A stretch of 64,000 nt of DNA from Takakia lepidozioides (Eukaryota; Plantae; Bryophyta), in the NCBI GenBank assembly GCA_030704615.1, contig CM060734.1, positions 21,762,001 through 21,826,000 on the forward strand, given 5' to 3'. Position 1 is the stretch's first letter, and each line of letters starts with the position of its first letter. The position numbers and the translations under genes were made by a program. Shown piece by piece: positions 52,475 through 63,806 of this stretch. Under the pieces are notes generated by a model. That model saw nothing but the letters and a program-made list of their open reading frames with translations. It was not told the origin of the DNA and ran no database searches.

Positions 52475-53057
52475 TGTCAAGTTAAATAAACACGGTGTGA
52501 AACTAACTAGAATAAAACTAGTTATTTGTATTTAACACTTGGATTTAGTTCAAGTGTTAAGTCAGGTGTCAAGTTTGAGCTTGACACCTGAACCATCTTA
52601 TCTTCACGAGAGCGTCAGTCGCGCAGCTCATCTCTCTCGAGTTGAGCCTGCGCGACCGAGCTCCTTCATGCGGGAGAAGTAGTTTGCTGCCAGATGATGG
52701 GCAGGAATTACGTTGATGACTTCGCAGTGTGATATCCTACGCAATTAACGGACTGAGGGCCGAGCAAAGCAATCTGTTTATGACGATCAGAGATAACAAC
52801 GGAGCATGATGTCATCCCTCTGTCGTTCGGAGAGAAGGAAGAGGCAGCCTTTTTCACAAGATTCTTGGAGTTTGTGGGGCTCCCTTCTCAAGTAATCAAA
52901 ACCAGCAATGTGTTTCCTGCTAAAGTCTTTGATTGCAGTTCAGACTGGTAATTAATCAAGATAGAGCGAATGCGCGGCAGCTTCAATCAGTCACGGCGTT
53001 TCTTGTATGAGGTTTATTTGCCACCAAGGCGGTCGGTGTGGATATGGAGGTTTGGCT

Positions 53058-53591
53058 ATGATCGGTCTGGATCCGGCTTTTCTCTTCACGGGTGTGCGAT
53101 TTGACAGAAAGCGATTTGCAGCAGATGTTTATCGGTTTCAGAGAAAGGATGAACATATTATACAAGTCTGCTGCAATGAAAGAGTGTCTGAAACCTGCGA
53201 AAGATCAATGCAATTAATTTGACCATCTCGGAGGTTATTGGTGTCAACCACAGGAAGGCGAACTAAAGGCACTTCAAGGACGAGAATGGTGCTGAAAATG
53301 CATTCAACCTTTTCAAGGCTCCTGGAGTTCGAGAGAGGATGTGGAGTCACATGTAGTAGACACCTCCTGCGAATCAGAAATTGATGCAGTTGTAACAGCC
53401 CGCATCCACTCAACCATGACCCGGGCCCTCTTTCGTGCCATATTGCCAGAGTCTGGTGAAGATCCGGCACAGACCACAATGCATGATTCTGACCGTACCT
53501 TCATTACGGGAAGCATTACTGACAGGTAGACGATGATGTTTGTTGGCAACGAGGAAGGGAAACTTCTTGCACTGCGCCAGATCTTCAACCA
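53058..53591 (+). pseudogene. Fragments of DEAD-box RNA helicase (RH57/ROK1/DDX52-like)
   Basis: AFLFTGVRFDRKRFAADVYRF resembles the plant RH57 N-terminus; EIDAVVTA..TRALFRAILPESGEDPAQTTMHD and FVGNEEGKLLALRQ resemble the motif III region onward; stops and large deletions. Confidence 0.7.
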
Positions 53592-54793
53592 GGTCTATGT
53601 GCTAAGCTCTTGTATCCCATGGTTGGGTGATCTGCACAAGTCAGAGCCATTGCAAGTGAGTCCGGAAGATAGGGCTCCCAATGCTCCAGATGTAGACCTC
53701 TTTCCTTGCGGTGCAGACCAGTTTGCTGCAACTCCGCTATAGTGTGAAGGATGGTAGAGAGGTTGCCATCTGCGAATCGTTGCGTGCGAAATACTGATGT
53801 GAGGATGAGAGGCGGACTGAAGAGATAAGTAGGAAATCGCAGCTTCACTGCTTCCCTGGAGGTGCTTGCTCTAAGCCGAGTGTTGTGGTGTACTAGACTT
53901 CCAGGCATTCACTGGACATCCTGTGTGAGTGGAACCAGCTTGAACCTCGTGAGCCTGAAGGGGAGCGAGGGTGATTTCTGGTTTTGAGTGTTGTGTACGA
54001 CAAAGAGTAGGTAGCCGTGAGGACTGAGCAGAACCAGGAGCTGGTAGGAGCTGACGGGCATCTCTGCTGCATGGCTTGGAGATTGACGAGCATGCAAGCT
54101 GCTCATGTGCAACCCTTTGATCAGGTCTTTGATCGGCCGAATCGGCCAACACCCCGCACCACCTCCTTGTTCCTGCTTGCTCGCGTAGGCTTGGCCATCG
54201 CTGCCATCGTCTGCGTCCGTCTTGCCTCTCTCCCCTGAGCATACTGAGTGCGTGATTAATGTGAGGCCATTTCTTTCAGGACCAATTGGCCTTGCGGTTT
54301 ATGAGTCCAAGGAATTCTTAGGGAACCAGGGAACAGGGAACCAAGACAAGTATTGAAAAAAAAAAAAAAAAAAAAGTTTTCCTTGTATTTGTTTTGTCTT
54401 ATTAAAAAATAATTTAAAAAAAAAGGTGTTATGTTTAAGAGCCTGGTTGGTCATATCTTTGTTTTATGAGCTCCGTTTGACTCAATTTTTGAGGGGATAG
54501 CTGCAGAAAGGGGAAATCTACCTATCTAGATCTACCTATCTGGTTTTTGTTTTTGGGACTCTGCTAAAAATCTATGGAATTTTTAGAATGTGAGTGTGCC
54601 GTGAAAGATCCACAATTCTATTTCTAGAACCTGTTCTGGTCTATATGAGAGGCAAATCTGTGGATGTCCTCCTTGTATGGCTGGGGAAAATGAGGACGTA
54701 ATTGAAAGGCAGGTCTCTTCTCTTAGCCTGTGCACACAAGGGGACAAGATTTATGTTTCCCAAGGAACTCAGACTGATTTGAGTGGAGAATAG

Positions 54794-55426
54794 TTGGACG
54801 AGTTGATTGCATACTGGGAGTCAGGCATTAGCAGTAGACAACACTCTGCTGTAGTTGGCGTTGAGGGCCTCAATATCGCTTTGGACAGTCAGAACTCTGT
54901 TGGAGCCAGCAGTTCTGCAGCTGTAAGTGAAATACCAAAGTGGGTGAAAGCTAGGCTTGGAACACAGCCAAAAACAGCCCCGGGGACCAAGGTGTTCAGC
55001 CACAAGGCTGTGGTGTACTGGAGCAGAGGAGCAGGAGCTACACAAGTTTGTGCAATCAGACATGGTTGCAGCCGGACACGCTCTGCACTAGGCAACCACG
55101 AGCGGGGGTTCATTGGCAATGACAAGTTTGTTTTGCTTGAAGGAGATGCAGTCATTCGCAATGAGGACACCCGCAACCGTCTCAAAGCTTTCAAGTTGAG
55201 AGACTGTCACACCCTACCTTTATTTTCTTTAGTGTTCAGTGAGCGGGAGATAGGGGAGTACTGCTTTGTCTCTACCTGGCAGAAAGAGGAGGAGGGTTGG
55301 TTAGAGCGAGCTACTGTAGCTTGGGACAAGGTTAGTGGCAGGTTTCTGGACATAGATATACCTCCTACACCTTACTATCATGCAGAGCGAGGCACTTTGA
55401 GAGAAGTCTGGCAGTTAATAGCATAG
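54794..55426 (+). CDS. Hypothetical ORF (~210 aa) upstream of the DNMT-retroelement gag
   Basis: Open frame with protein-like composition; no recognisable domain; TTG start call uncertain. Confidence 0.3.
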   Translation: MDELIAYWESGISSRQHSAVVGVEGLNIALDSQNSVGASSSAAVSEIPKWVKARLGTQPKTAPGTKVFSHKAVVYWSRGAGATQVCAIRHGCSRTRSALGNHERGFIGNDKFVLLEGDAVIRNEDTRNRLKAFKLRDCHTLPLFSLVFSEREIGEYCFVSTWQKEEEGWLERATVAWDKVSGRFLDIDIPPTPYYHAERGTLREVWQLIA

Positions 55427-55948
55427 ATCAGGATTAGATCTTGCTTGGTCGGGCTTCTATTCTTCCCCTCCCTCTTTTCTTACTATTTTCATTACTTTGT
55501 ACTTGTAGTTGCCAAAGCCTCTCTTGGTGGAGGCCAGTCAGTCCGGGGTTTTGGGCTGGGATATTCTGCAAGATCAGCATTGCAGATGGATTTTGGTGTG
55601 GGGGAGTTGATGTTTTGATTTCTTGTGTTTGGATCCCCCCCAACACCTACATGCTTGACTGTGCGCCATGTTGGTTTTGTGTGGGCGCTTGCTTTCATAG
55701 GGATTAGGCCGGATTTGATCACCGGTCAATCCTAGAGTATGCTGTCGGTGGTGAGGCTGGAGTGATGACTAGCAAGACCACCAGTGTTTCTTCTATGGTG
55801 AGACTGGGTTGATGACCAGCCAACCATAGGAGTTCTTGCGGTGGATGCAGGTGCAGGTGCCCTGAGCCACTGGGATATGACCCTTAAACTGCAACAGGTG
55901 CCTACCCGTGTCACTATTAGAATTAGTACTAGAGCCTTATAGTGTCAC

Positions 55949-58739
55949 GTGGGGGAGGTGCACATTGTGAGTGTCATCACGGAGTTACCCAAGGGTTCTG
56001 AGGGGAGTACGGCTACAGGCAGTAGCAGTGAGAGTGGGTTCACCAGACGAGGTGTTCGTTTCAGACCACCTTCACCTCCACCCTCAACTAGTGCAGAGTC
56101 AGACACAGACTCAGAGGCTTCATCAACAGGTGTGCAGTTTCATTCGCCATTGTTGTGGGACGACATGGAGGAGATGTATGGAGCTACCAAGGGGCCTCGT
56201 AGGTACTCTGGAGCTGTGGGCACAATCGAGTTGGATGACTTTATCCAGGAGTTCGACAGCTGGTGTGATTTGCAGCAGATGCGCAATCCACAGCTATTCA
56301 CCCCATTCATGGCGTGGAAGGGACTGTTCCAGCATTTGGAAGGCCTATGGACGATTACCACGAGTTCAGGCGAGGACATGAAACAGAGATTGAGGAGTGG
56401 AGGATATATTGGTCTCCATTACTCGAGGCACGACGCGACCAGTAGCTGCATCGGTACCAATATCTCCCACTGCCAGCACTAGTAGCGGAACAAGTAGTGC
56501 CGGTACTTCTGCAGGTGGTACCAGTTCAAAAGGTGCTACTACTCCTCCTGCCACGACTACAACACATGTGCCTAGATTCAACCCGGTAGTGGAGTTCTTC
56601 CAGGAGTTGCGGAGGAACTACCAAGGTATATGGACAGAGAAGCTGCGAAGTTTGCAAGACTTCCAGCGCAAACCCAATGAGAGTCTGCGAGAGGCGTACA
56701 CTCGTATGAGGCGCTTGATAAGTGTGACCCAAGGGGTTACTGAAGCTCAGGCAATCCAATTCTGGTATGGAATTTTGGACAAGGAGCTCAGGAGAAGGGT
56801 GCGGGATGCAACCCTGTTACAAGCAGCCCAACCCACATTAGCAGATGTGTTTCTGCTGGTTGAGCGGATTGAGCTCAACATGGTGGAGGAGCGAGTTGTT
56901 ACCATTGGATTTGGCAAAGACATGCCTGCATAAGGCGCAGCTGCCAGCCCACAGGCACAAGAGACTGCCCAACAGCGTGGTAAGGGGGGCAAGGTTTCCC
57001 AACCCAAATTTCATGGAGCTTACAGGGGACCTCGGGTGCAGAGGCCAGTAGCATCTTTTGCAAGCCAACAGCAACCAGGGGTGATATGTTGGACATGTGG
57101 AGGACCCCATGTCAAGAGAGATTGCCCAGAGAGTGGCAAAAGGCCGACACAAGCACAGCCTGCACAGTTGCAGTATGGGCATTGTGGCAAGTATGGGCAT
57201 GGAGATGCCCAGTGTTATGACTTGCATCCTGAGTTGCGCCCAGGCCAGTTCCAAGGGAACAATGGTGGCCGGGGGCGAGGTAGACCAGCCCAGAGAGGAC
57301 GAGGTGGCCGGGCACGAGGTGCAAACCAAGGGCAAGCTCAACATGGCTAAGGACACGGAGGTCAGGGTGTTGACCAAGGCATGGCCAACCGGCTTCAACA
57401 GCTAGAGCATAGGCTCGCTGCCATGGCTACAACTCAGGTGGTACCGGCTCCCAGGCGGGATGGTCCACCTCCTGCTCCTGAGGGAGGAGATATGGGAGGC
57501 ATGGGATTCATGTGCGGAGCAGCACTACCACTAGAGCAGGTGGTGTCTGCTGCAGCCGTGACTCGAGGAGCAGCACGAGTTCCTGAACCACGAGGTGCAT
57601 AGGTGGAATTGGATCCACAGCGTGGGGAGGCAAGCCGTCAGGCGAGGCTTCCTCAGTCATTCACATTGGCGGAGATAGTGTCGACGCCATCCATGGCACC
57701 TAGTTCTCGCCCGACTGTTACCGAAGCGGAGGTTACTATGTCATTGGGGAGAGCTACACGTGCAGCACTGACACCTGCTACCAAGGCTAGTGCAGCCGGT
57801 GTGTTGTTGGGGGCAGCCACCTCTGTGTGTCAAGCCCCACTGTTCTCGGCAACCATGATTGCGACGCCGGGGATAAGACCGGCTGCAATGTTCAGACTAG
57901 CAGCAACACTCTGTGAGAGTGGGGAGGTCACTTCATCTTCTGCGGAGTTAGTGGAAGGTGTAGTGGCAGAGGGATCCTCGGATTTGAGGGTCAAGACTGC
58001 CACGGCTGCGCCATGGCAAGCTACAGCTGCCAGGTTGACGGAGCTGCCAGCTAGGCCAGCCTTTGAGCGTGCCATGGTGACACCTGGAGTTGTCTTGTTA
58101 GACAACCAGGATGACATTTTCACTTTGAGTGGACCGGCAGGCAAGAAGTACCGGCCACTGCGGGTCTTGTTGGACTCGGGAGCTCAGCCACTGATGTTGG
58201 GCAGGGCTGCTATCGCAGGTTTGGGCCTCATAGAGGCGGATATGGAGCCTTGTCCTTTCCAGATACAGACATCTCTGGGAGGATCAGAGCAGGCTCGGGG
58301 CATGACACGGCGTGAGTTGGCCATTAGACTGCAGCCGGATCATCCTATAGATGGCTCACTGATGCGAGCCAAAGCCATTGTGACAGACGCAGTCTCTTAC
58401 GATGTCATCGTTGGTGGGGCAGTGTTATATCCCATGGGCTTCACCCTGGACTTTTGGGAGGAGTCAGCATCCTATAGGCCTGGATGGCAATCAGGGGATG
58501 GTCGTCGTGCACAGCTCCCTGTGACATTCATTGGGGGTATTGCGGCTGCCCAGCGGGGCAAGATGCCAACACTAGCCGTCTTTACAGCTGCAGTTAGTTG
58601 GCCTGGAGAGTTGCTGGAAGGCAATGCCCATGCAGAGGATGTGCCACCTTCAGCAGAGCAGGATGACATGCATGGTACGGCGGAGTTGCCTGCCATGGTT
58701 GCTCACACTCCATTGTGGGGTACGAGCAAGGATTTGTAG
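55949..58739 (+). pseudogene. Gag with zinc knuckles and aspartic protease
   Basis: FQRKPNESLREAYTRMRRL (gag), CWTCGGPHVKRDC, (Y)GHCGKYGHGDAQC, VLLDSGAQP...YDVIVG; single frame from 56397 with in-frame stops at 56931, 57348, 57600, 58737. Confidence 0.85.
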
Positions 58740-58869
58740 CAGGCTGCTGATGGACGGGTGCAACAAGCCTGGGTAGAGGCCTTCATACCGTCAGGAAAAG
58801 AGGAGAGTGCGGTGATTGCACCAGGACCACCTCAGTTGTCGCCATTGGATACCACACCTCTTGTGTGGC

Positions 58870-59431
58870 AGTGCCCGGATGAAGGCATATGCCTTCTGGA
58901 CTTGTTTGGCGGGATCAGCACTGGATTGGCTGTAGTGCTGCAGGCAGGTGTACGAGTTCAACGTTACCTATATGTGGAGAGGGATGAGACTACACGACGT
59001 GTCTCACTACGCCATGTTGCTCAGTTGGTACAGCAGTACCCTGATTTGTTGCCAGTGTCTGCAGTTCGTGGATACCAACAAGCCTTGCCAGCAGACATTT
59101 TGTTGCTGGGGGCGCAGGATTTGGAGCAGGTTGGCTCCATTGATCTGGTAGTGGCAGGTTGGCCCTGCCAAGGGCATTCATCAGCCGGGCATGGCAATGG
59201 ATTGCGAGACTCGAGGACGGGTCTGTTTTGGGAGATGATGCGGGTTTTGCGCCACTTGCAGCTTCATCAAGCTGTATCTCCAACATACATCTTAGAGAAT
59301 GTGCCACTGATGGGTGATTCTCGGGCCAGGGTGATGGCCAGTGTGCATCAAGTCCGGTCGTGGCTTGGGTCAGCAGTGTTGCTGGATGCAGCTGCAGTGG
59401 GGTCACGGGCTCATCCTCAACGGCTATGGTG
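58870..59431 (+). pseudogene. DNMT3-like C5-cytosine DNA methyltransferase domain, truncated in motif VIII
   Basis: Motif I LLDLFGGISTG, II YLYVE, IV IDLVVAGWPCQ, V GLFWEMMRVL, VI YILENV, VIII LLDAAAVGSRAHPQRLW. Confidence 0.93.
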
Positions 59432-59749
59432 AACGGGGGGTGCTATTCCGTGAGCCCGGAGGCGTGAGCCTGTGAGCCCAGGAAACCGTGAGCCCAGCAC
59501 AGGCTCACGCCACGTCAGCATGCATACAGGGCCTATTTCCGCGGGTGTCACCTATTACCGCGGGTTGAACAGCCATTTCCCGGGAATGCAGACTAGATGT
59601 GTTACATCCATTGTATCCATCCTTTGTATCCATTGCATCCATCTAGACGTTATCAACATACCAAGCCCCTGCATTGGAATGTGGGTACGTCGTGAGGAGG
59701 TGCACACTGACATCATCTAAAGCGGATCCCTGCGAAATCTTTTCTTACT

Positions 59750-62334
59750 CACCACCCTTGCGAACATGCCAGGTATGTGCGGGAGCATCATGGATGCTCA
59801 CCAAATTTGAGAATGCCTGAACGATCTTTGAACACGTGGACTTCACCTCGATGGATTTACCAAGCATTCTTCTAGCAGGAGTGGTTTGGAGACAAGCAAG
59901 CAAATGATGCGAGAATGCTCTACACGAACCAAAGTCGATTGTTTGTTTTTGAAATGCACTCAAGCCTGTACAGTCCACAAAACTCTAAATAGATTGAAGG
60001 AACAATCCGGGAACAATCCGGGCTGCTTCGGCGGTGGCTGCTATACACTCATTCTCTCTCCTCAAAGACACCTCCTGAGTTGGGGTCTCAGAAGGAGGGC
60101 AATCCAAATACCAACCACAAGCAGAAAGATGGTCTGGGCCCCAATCATGCAAGATCCCAGTAGTAAACATGGTCTGGTTGCCAGCAGGGACAAGCCAAAG
60201 GTCCACGAAATCAGGATGTTTGCCCAAGCAATTCTCTTCCATGTGAACAAACTTTACGTACCTGCAGGAACAGAGATAGCCTCATTATGCAATGCAATTA
60301 TTGTCTCTCAGCTTTTCTATCACACCAGGAAGACCCCCTTAAACAATATGCGGCACAGTACATTGCAACCACCGCACACAAAGTAACCTTAAGGCCCCGG
60401 GGTGTGCACCTTGGTGTTACTACACAGGGATAGAACAAATGAGTGTGCGGCACCGCAAACTCATATAAGGGAGCCCAAAACAGGTTGGATGGAGGAGAGT
60501 GTGTATTTGCAAAACAAAGAAGCACAGTCCATTTCGCACCTGTAAAGGCATCGTTTCCATGCTTCCTCTCCTTTCTCTTGCTGGTCAAGCTCATTTGTTC
60601 GACTAATGTCACCCTCCTTGCTGAACTCTCTAAAGAAACAAGATTGTCACATTGTGGCTCTCCATTTCCTCATGTATGCTTGGAAGGAGACCTTCGGTGC
60701 TGTCATGGTGATGCCATAGTCATCCAGCTGAGTATGTAGAACCGACTGGGCCCTTTCTTCCAACTGCAAAACAATTCAAATGCAAGAATGAACCAAAAAA
60801 CAATCACAGACAATGTAACAGCCAATGGAAAGAGAAGGACAGAAAAAGCGAAAAGAAAGTGACACAGCAAAGGACATCATACCTGGCTCCAGTAAGTGGC
60901 CTTGTGAAGCCATGTGTCCAGCACATTGTCACTGACAGGAATGACACACTGGGTCTTCTTCTCTTTCTCCGGCCTGAGGAACATGTGGGTATCCCTAACA
61001 GTGGGATCAGAATTCCATATCTGTAGCCACTTCACCTTCTGTTCTGAAGACACAACGGCGGTAGACAACCTGTGTAATTTCTCCTGGGCCATCTCTGGCT
61101 TGCCTGGCTTGTTGTAATGGTATTTTACCTCCAGAAGAAACTGCGATCCGAATGATAGGTCGGCAATTCTCAACTGCTTAACAAAAGCACTCATAATAGT
61201 CCTTCTTGTGGCGGTCATCTCTTTCTGGATGTGACTCTCAACCCCCTTTGCTGTCCTTCTCTCCTCAGGGGTAGAGCTGTAGTATTTCAGTTTCCCACGC
61301 TCTCCTGCATCTGCAATGTCTCGCTGCAAGGGAATGCACGAGAGTTGCATCAACCCAAGGGCAAGGGAAACAAACAGAAACAAACATGTGGAAGCAGGAA
61401 TATCGAAAAGGCCAGATGATGGAAGATGTATCTCACCGTGTACATATACTCCATGAAAGCCTCACGGGTCAACGAGTACCACGTTTCTGATGTCTTGGAG
61501 CTTTCGCACTTCTTGTACGTCTCTGCTGAAAGGATGGTCTTGAAGTTGGTCAAGGGCATCTGCCCGATCCTTTGTATCATGTACAGTGTGTCAACCAGAC
61601 TCGTTTTGACATGCGATGTCTCCGTCCCTCTGCAGAATGATGTCTGAAAGTCAGAATGAAATTCAAGGACCGTCAACAGAGGACTGGAACCAAAGAACCA
61701 CGGAACCACAAGTGGAACATGTAAAATGAGAAACCAACCTATTCACATCAATCATTGCCGTCAGAAGACCCATCATGTTCCCGTCACAATCCAGCACCAT
61801 CGATCAAACAGAGAAATGCCAATCTTCCTCCTGTGAGTGCAGCCTCCCAATGACAGCCATCCATGCAAGCAACCGGTGGTTGCCATCCCAAACTTGAAAC
61901 ATCTTCCCTGAGAATGCCTGGGTGGAAGGTTTCCTGGAGAGAAGAAGTTCGAAGGATTCGTTCACCTGTCTCCAAATGGGATCCTAGGAGTCCACAATTG
62001 ACTCATCCACAAGGACCTCATTGCCTCTGGAATCCCTTGTAGAAACGTAAAAGACTGCGGATCCATCCAAATACCCATGAACAAACTCGGCCTCCAACAT
62101 CAGGATGTCCTTGACGAGGGGTGGACGAACGACGGGCATGGAAACCAACCTACACAGGGGAATCTTCAACCGCCCACCCGGGGCAAGCATACTTTACACC
62201 ACAAGCTGAGAGTTTACCTCCTGACCCCCCAACATCTCAGCGGCTTTGCTTTCATAGAACTCATCGTCTACATCAACAATGATCTCCTTCCCCTGCCCCG
62301 AAGGGATCTCATCCGCCACACTTTGCATCTTCTC
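59750..62334 (-). pseudogene. ParB/Srx-like gene paralogue without visible methyltransferase exons
   Basis: GGRLKIPLCRLVSMPVVRPPL, FQVWDGNHRLLAWM, WYSLTREAFMEYMY, QEKLHRL...WLQIWNSD, CGWYLDCPP align exon-by-exon with 38740-42075; premature TAG at 61984. Confidence 0.85.
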
Positions 62335-62399
62335 CTACAGGGTTGTTCATTCAATTTGATATAAGAGAGAGGCATGAAACGATGGTGTTTTGAGCATGG

Positions 62400-63763
62400 C
62401 AAACAGGCCTTGTGTGGCCCAATTTCTCATCAGAAAACAAGCATTGTGGGGGCCGAAAACACCGTGCGTTGCCGCACAATGTTTCAGCTTCCAAATTCAG
62501 GTGTTTTGAACATGATATTTGGCCCCATGTGGCACATTTCCACAAAAAAAACAGGCAGAGAGGGGGCCACAAGGGGGCACAAACAGTGTGCATTGCCGCA
62601 CACTCTTCGTGCTTCCAACTATGGGAGTTTTGAGCATGCATATTGGCCCTGTTAGGCCCAATTTCACATAGAAAAACAAGCAGAGAGGGGGCTCAAAACA
62701 GTGTGCGTTGCCGCACACTGTTTGAGCTTCCAATAAGGGTTGGATTCAACCTGCCAGAGTGGCCCCAGGAGACCGATTTTCACATCAAAAGCAATCACAT
62801 AAGGAAGCTCAAACAGTGTGCGTTGCCGCACACTGTTTGACCTTGCAATAAGGTGTGATTTTAATATGGCATAATGGCCATGAGTGGCCAATTTGAAATA
62901 AAAGAAAAGGCAGTGAAGGGGGCTCAAACAGTGTGCGTCAGCGCACACTGTTTGAGCTTCCATTTTGGAGTCGAATCAACTTGCCAGACTGGCCGTAGGT
63001 GCACAATTTCCATATCCATAAACAAGCAAATCAGGGGGCTCAAACCATGTGCGTTGATGCACACTGTTTGGGCTGCCAGGTAAGTGTGAATTAAACCTGA
63101 CAAAGATGACCTTTGTGGTCGATTCTAAAATGCCAGCTGCCAGGTAAGTGTGCATTGAAGCTCAAAGAGATGCCCTATGTGGCCGATTTTCAGATAAAAA
63201 AAACAATGACATGGTGGGCTGGAATAGTGTGCATTGACGTGCACTGTTTGAGCTGCTAGGTAAGTCTGCATTGAACCTCAAATACATGCCCTACGTGGCT
63301 GATTTTCACATGAAAAAAACAATGACAAGTTGGGCTCAAACAGTGTGCGTTGACGCACACTGTTTGAGCTGCCACTTAAGTGTGCATTGAAGCTCAAAGA
63401 GATGCCCTATTTGGCCGAGTTTCAGATTAAAAAAACAATGACATGGTGGGCTCAAACAGTGTGCATTGACGCATACTTCTGGAGCTGCCAGGTAAGTGTG
63501 CATTGAAGCTCAAAGATATGCCCTACGTGGCCGATTTTCAGATTAAAAAAACAATGACATGGTGGGCTCAAACAGTGTGCGTTGACGCACACTGCTGGAG
63601 CTGCCACGTAAGTGTGCATTGAAGCTCAAAGATATGCCCTACGTGGCCGATTTTCAGATTAAAAAAACAATGACATGGTGGGCTCGAACAGTGTGCGTTG
63701 ACGCACACTGTTGGAGCTGCCACATAAGTGTGCATTCAAGCTCAAAGATATGTCCTACGTGGC

Positions 63764-63806
<43 letters not shown>

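Larger units (their letters stand above)
55440..59431 (+). mobile_element. LTR-type retroelement remnant encoding Gag-ZnK-protease-C5 methyltransferase, interrupted at 59432
   Basis: Homologous to the second copy at 13.7-15.6 kb; domain order is retroelement-like; 5' boundary uncertain and RT not in window. Confidence 0.8.
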
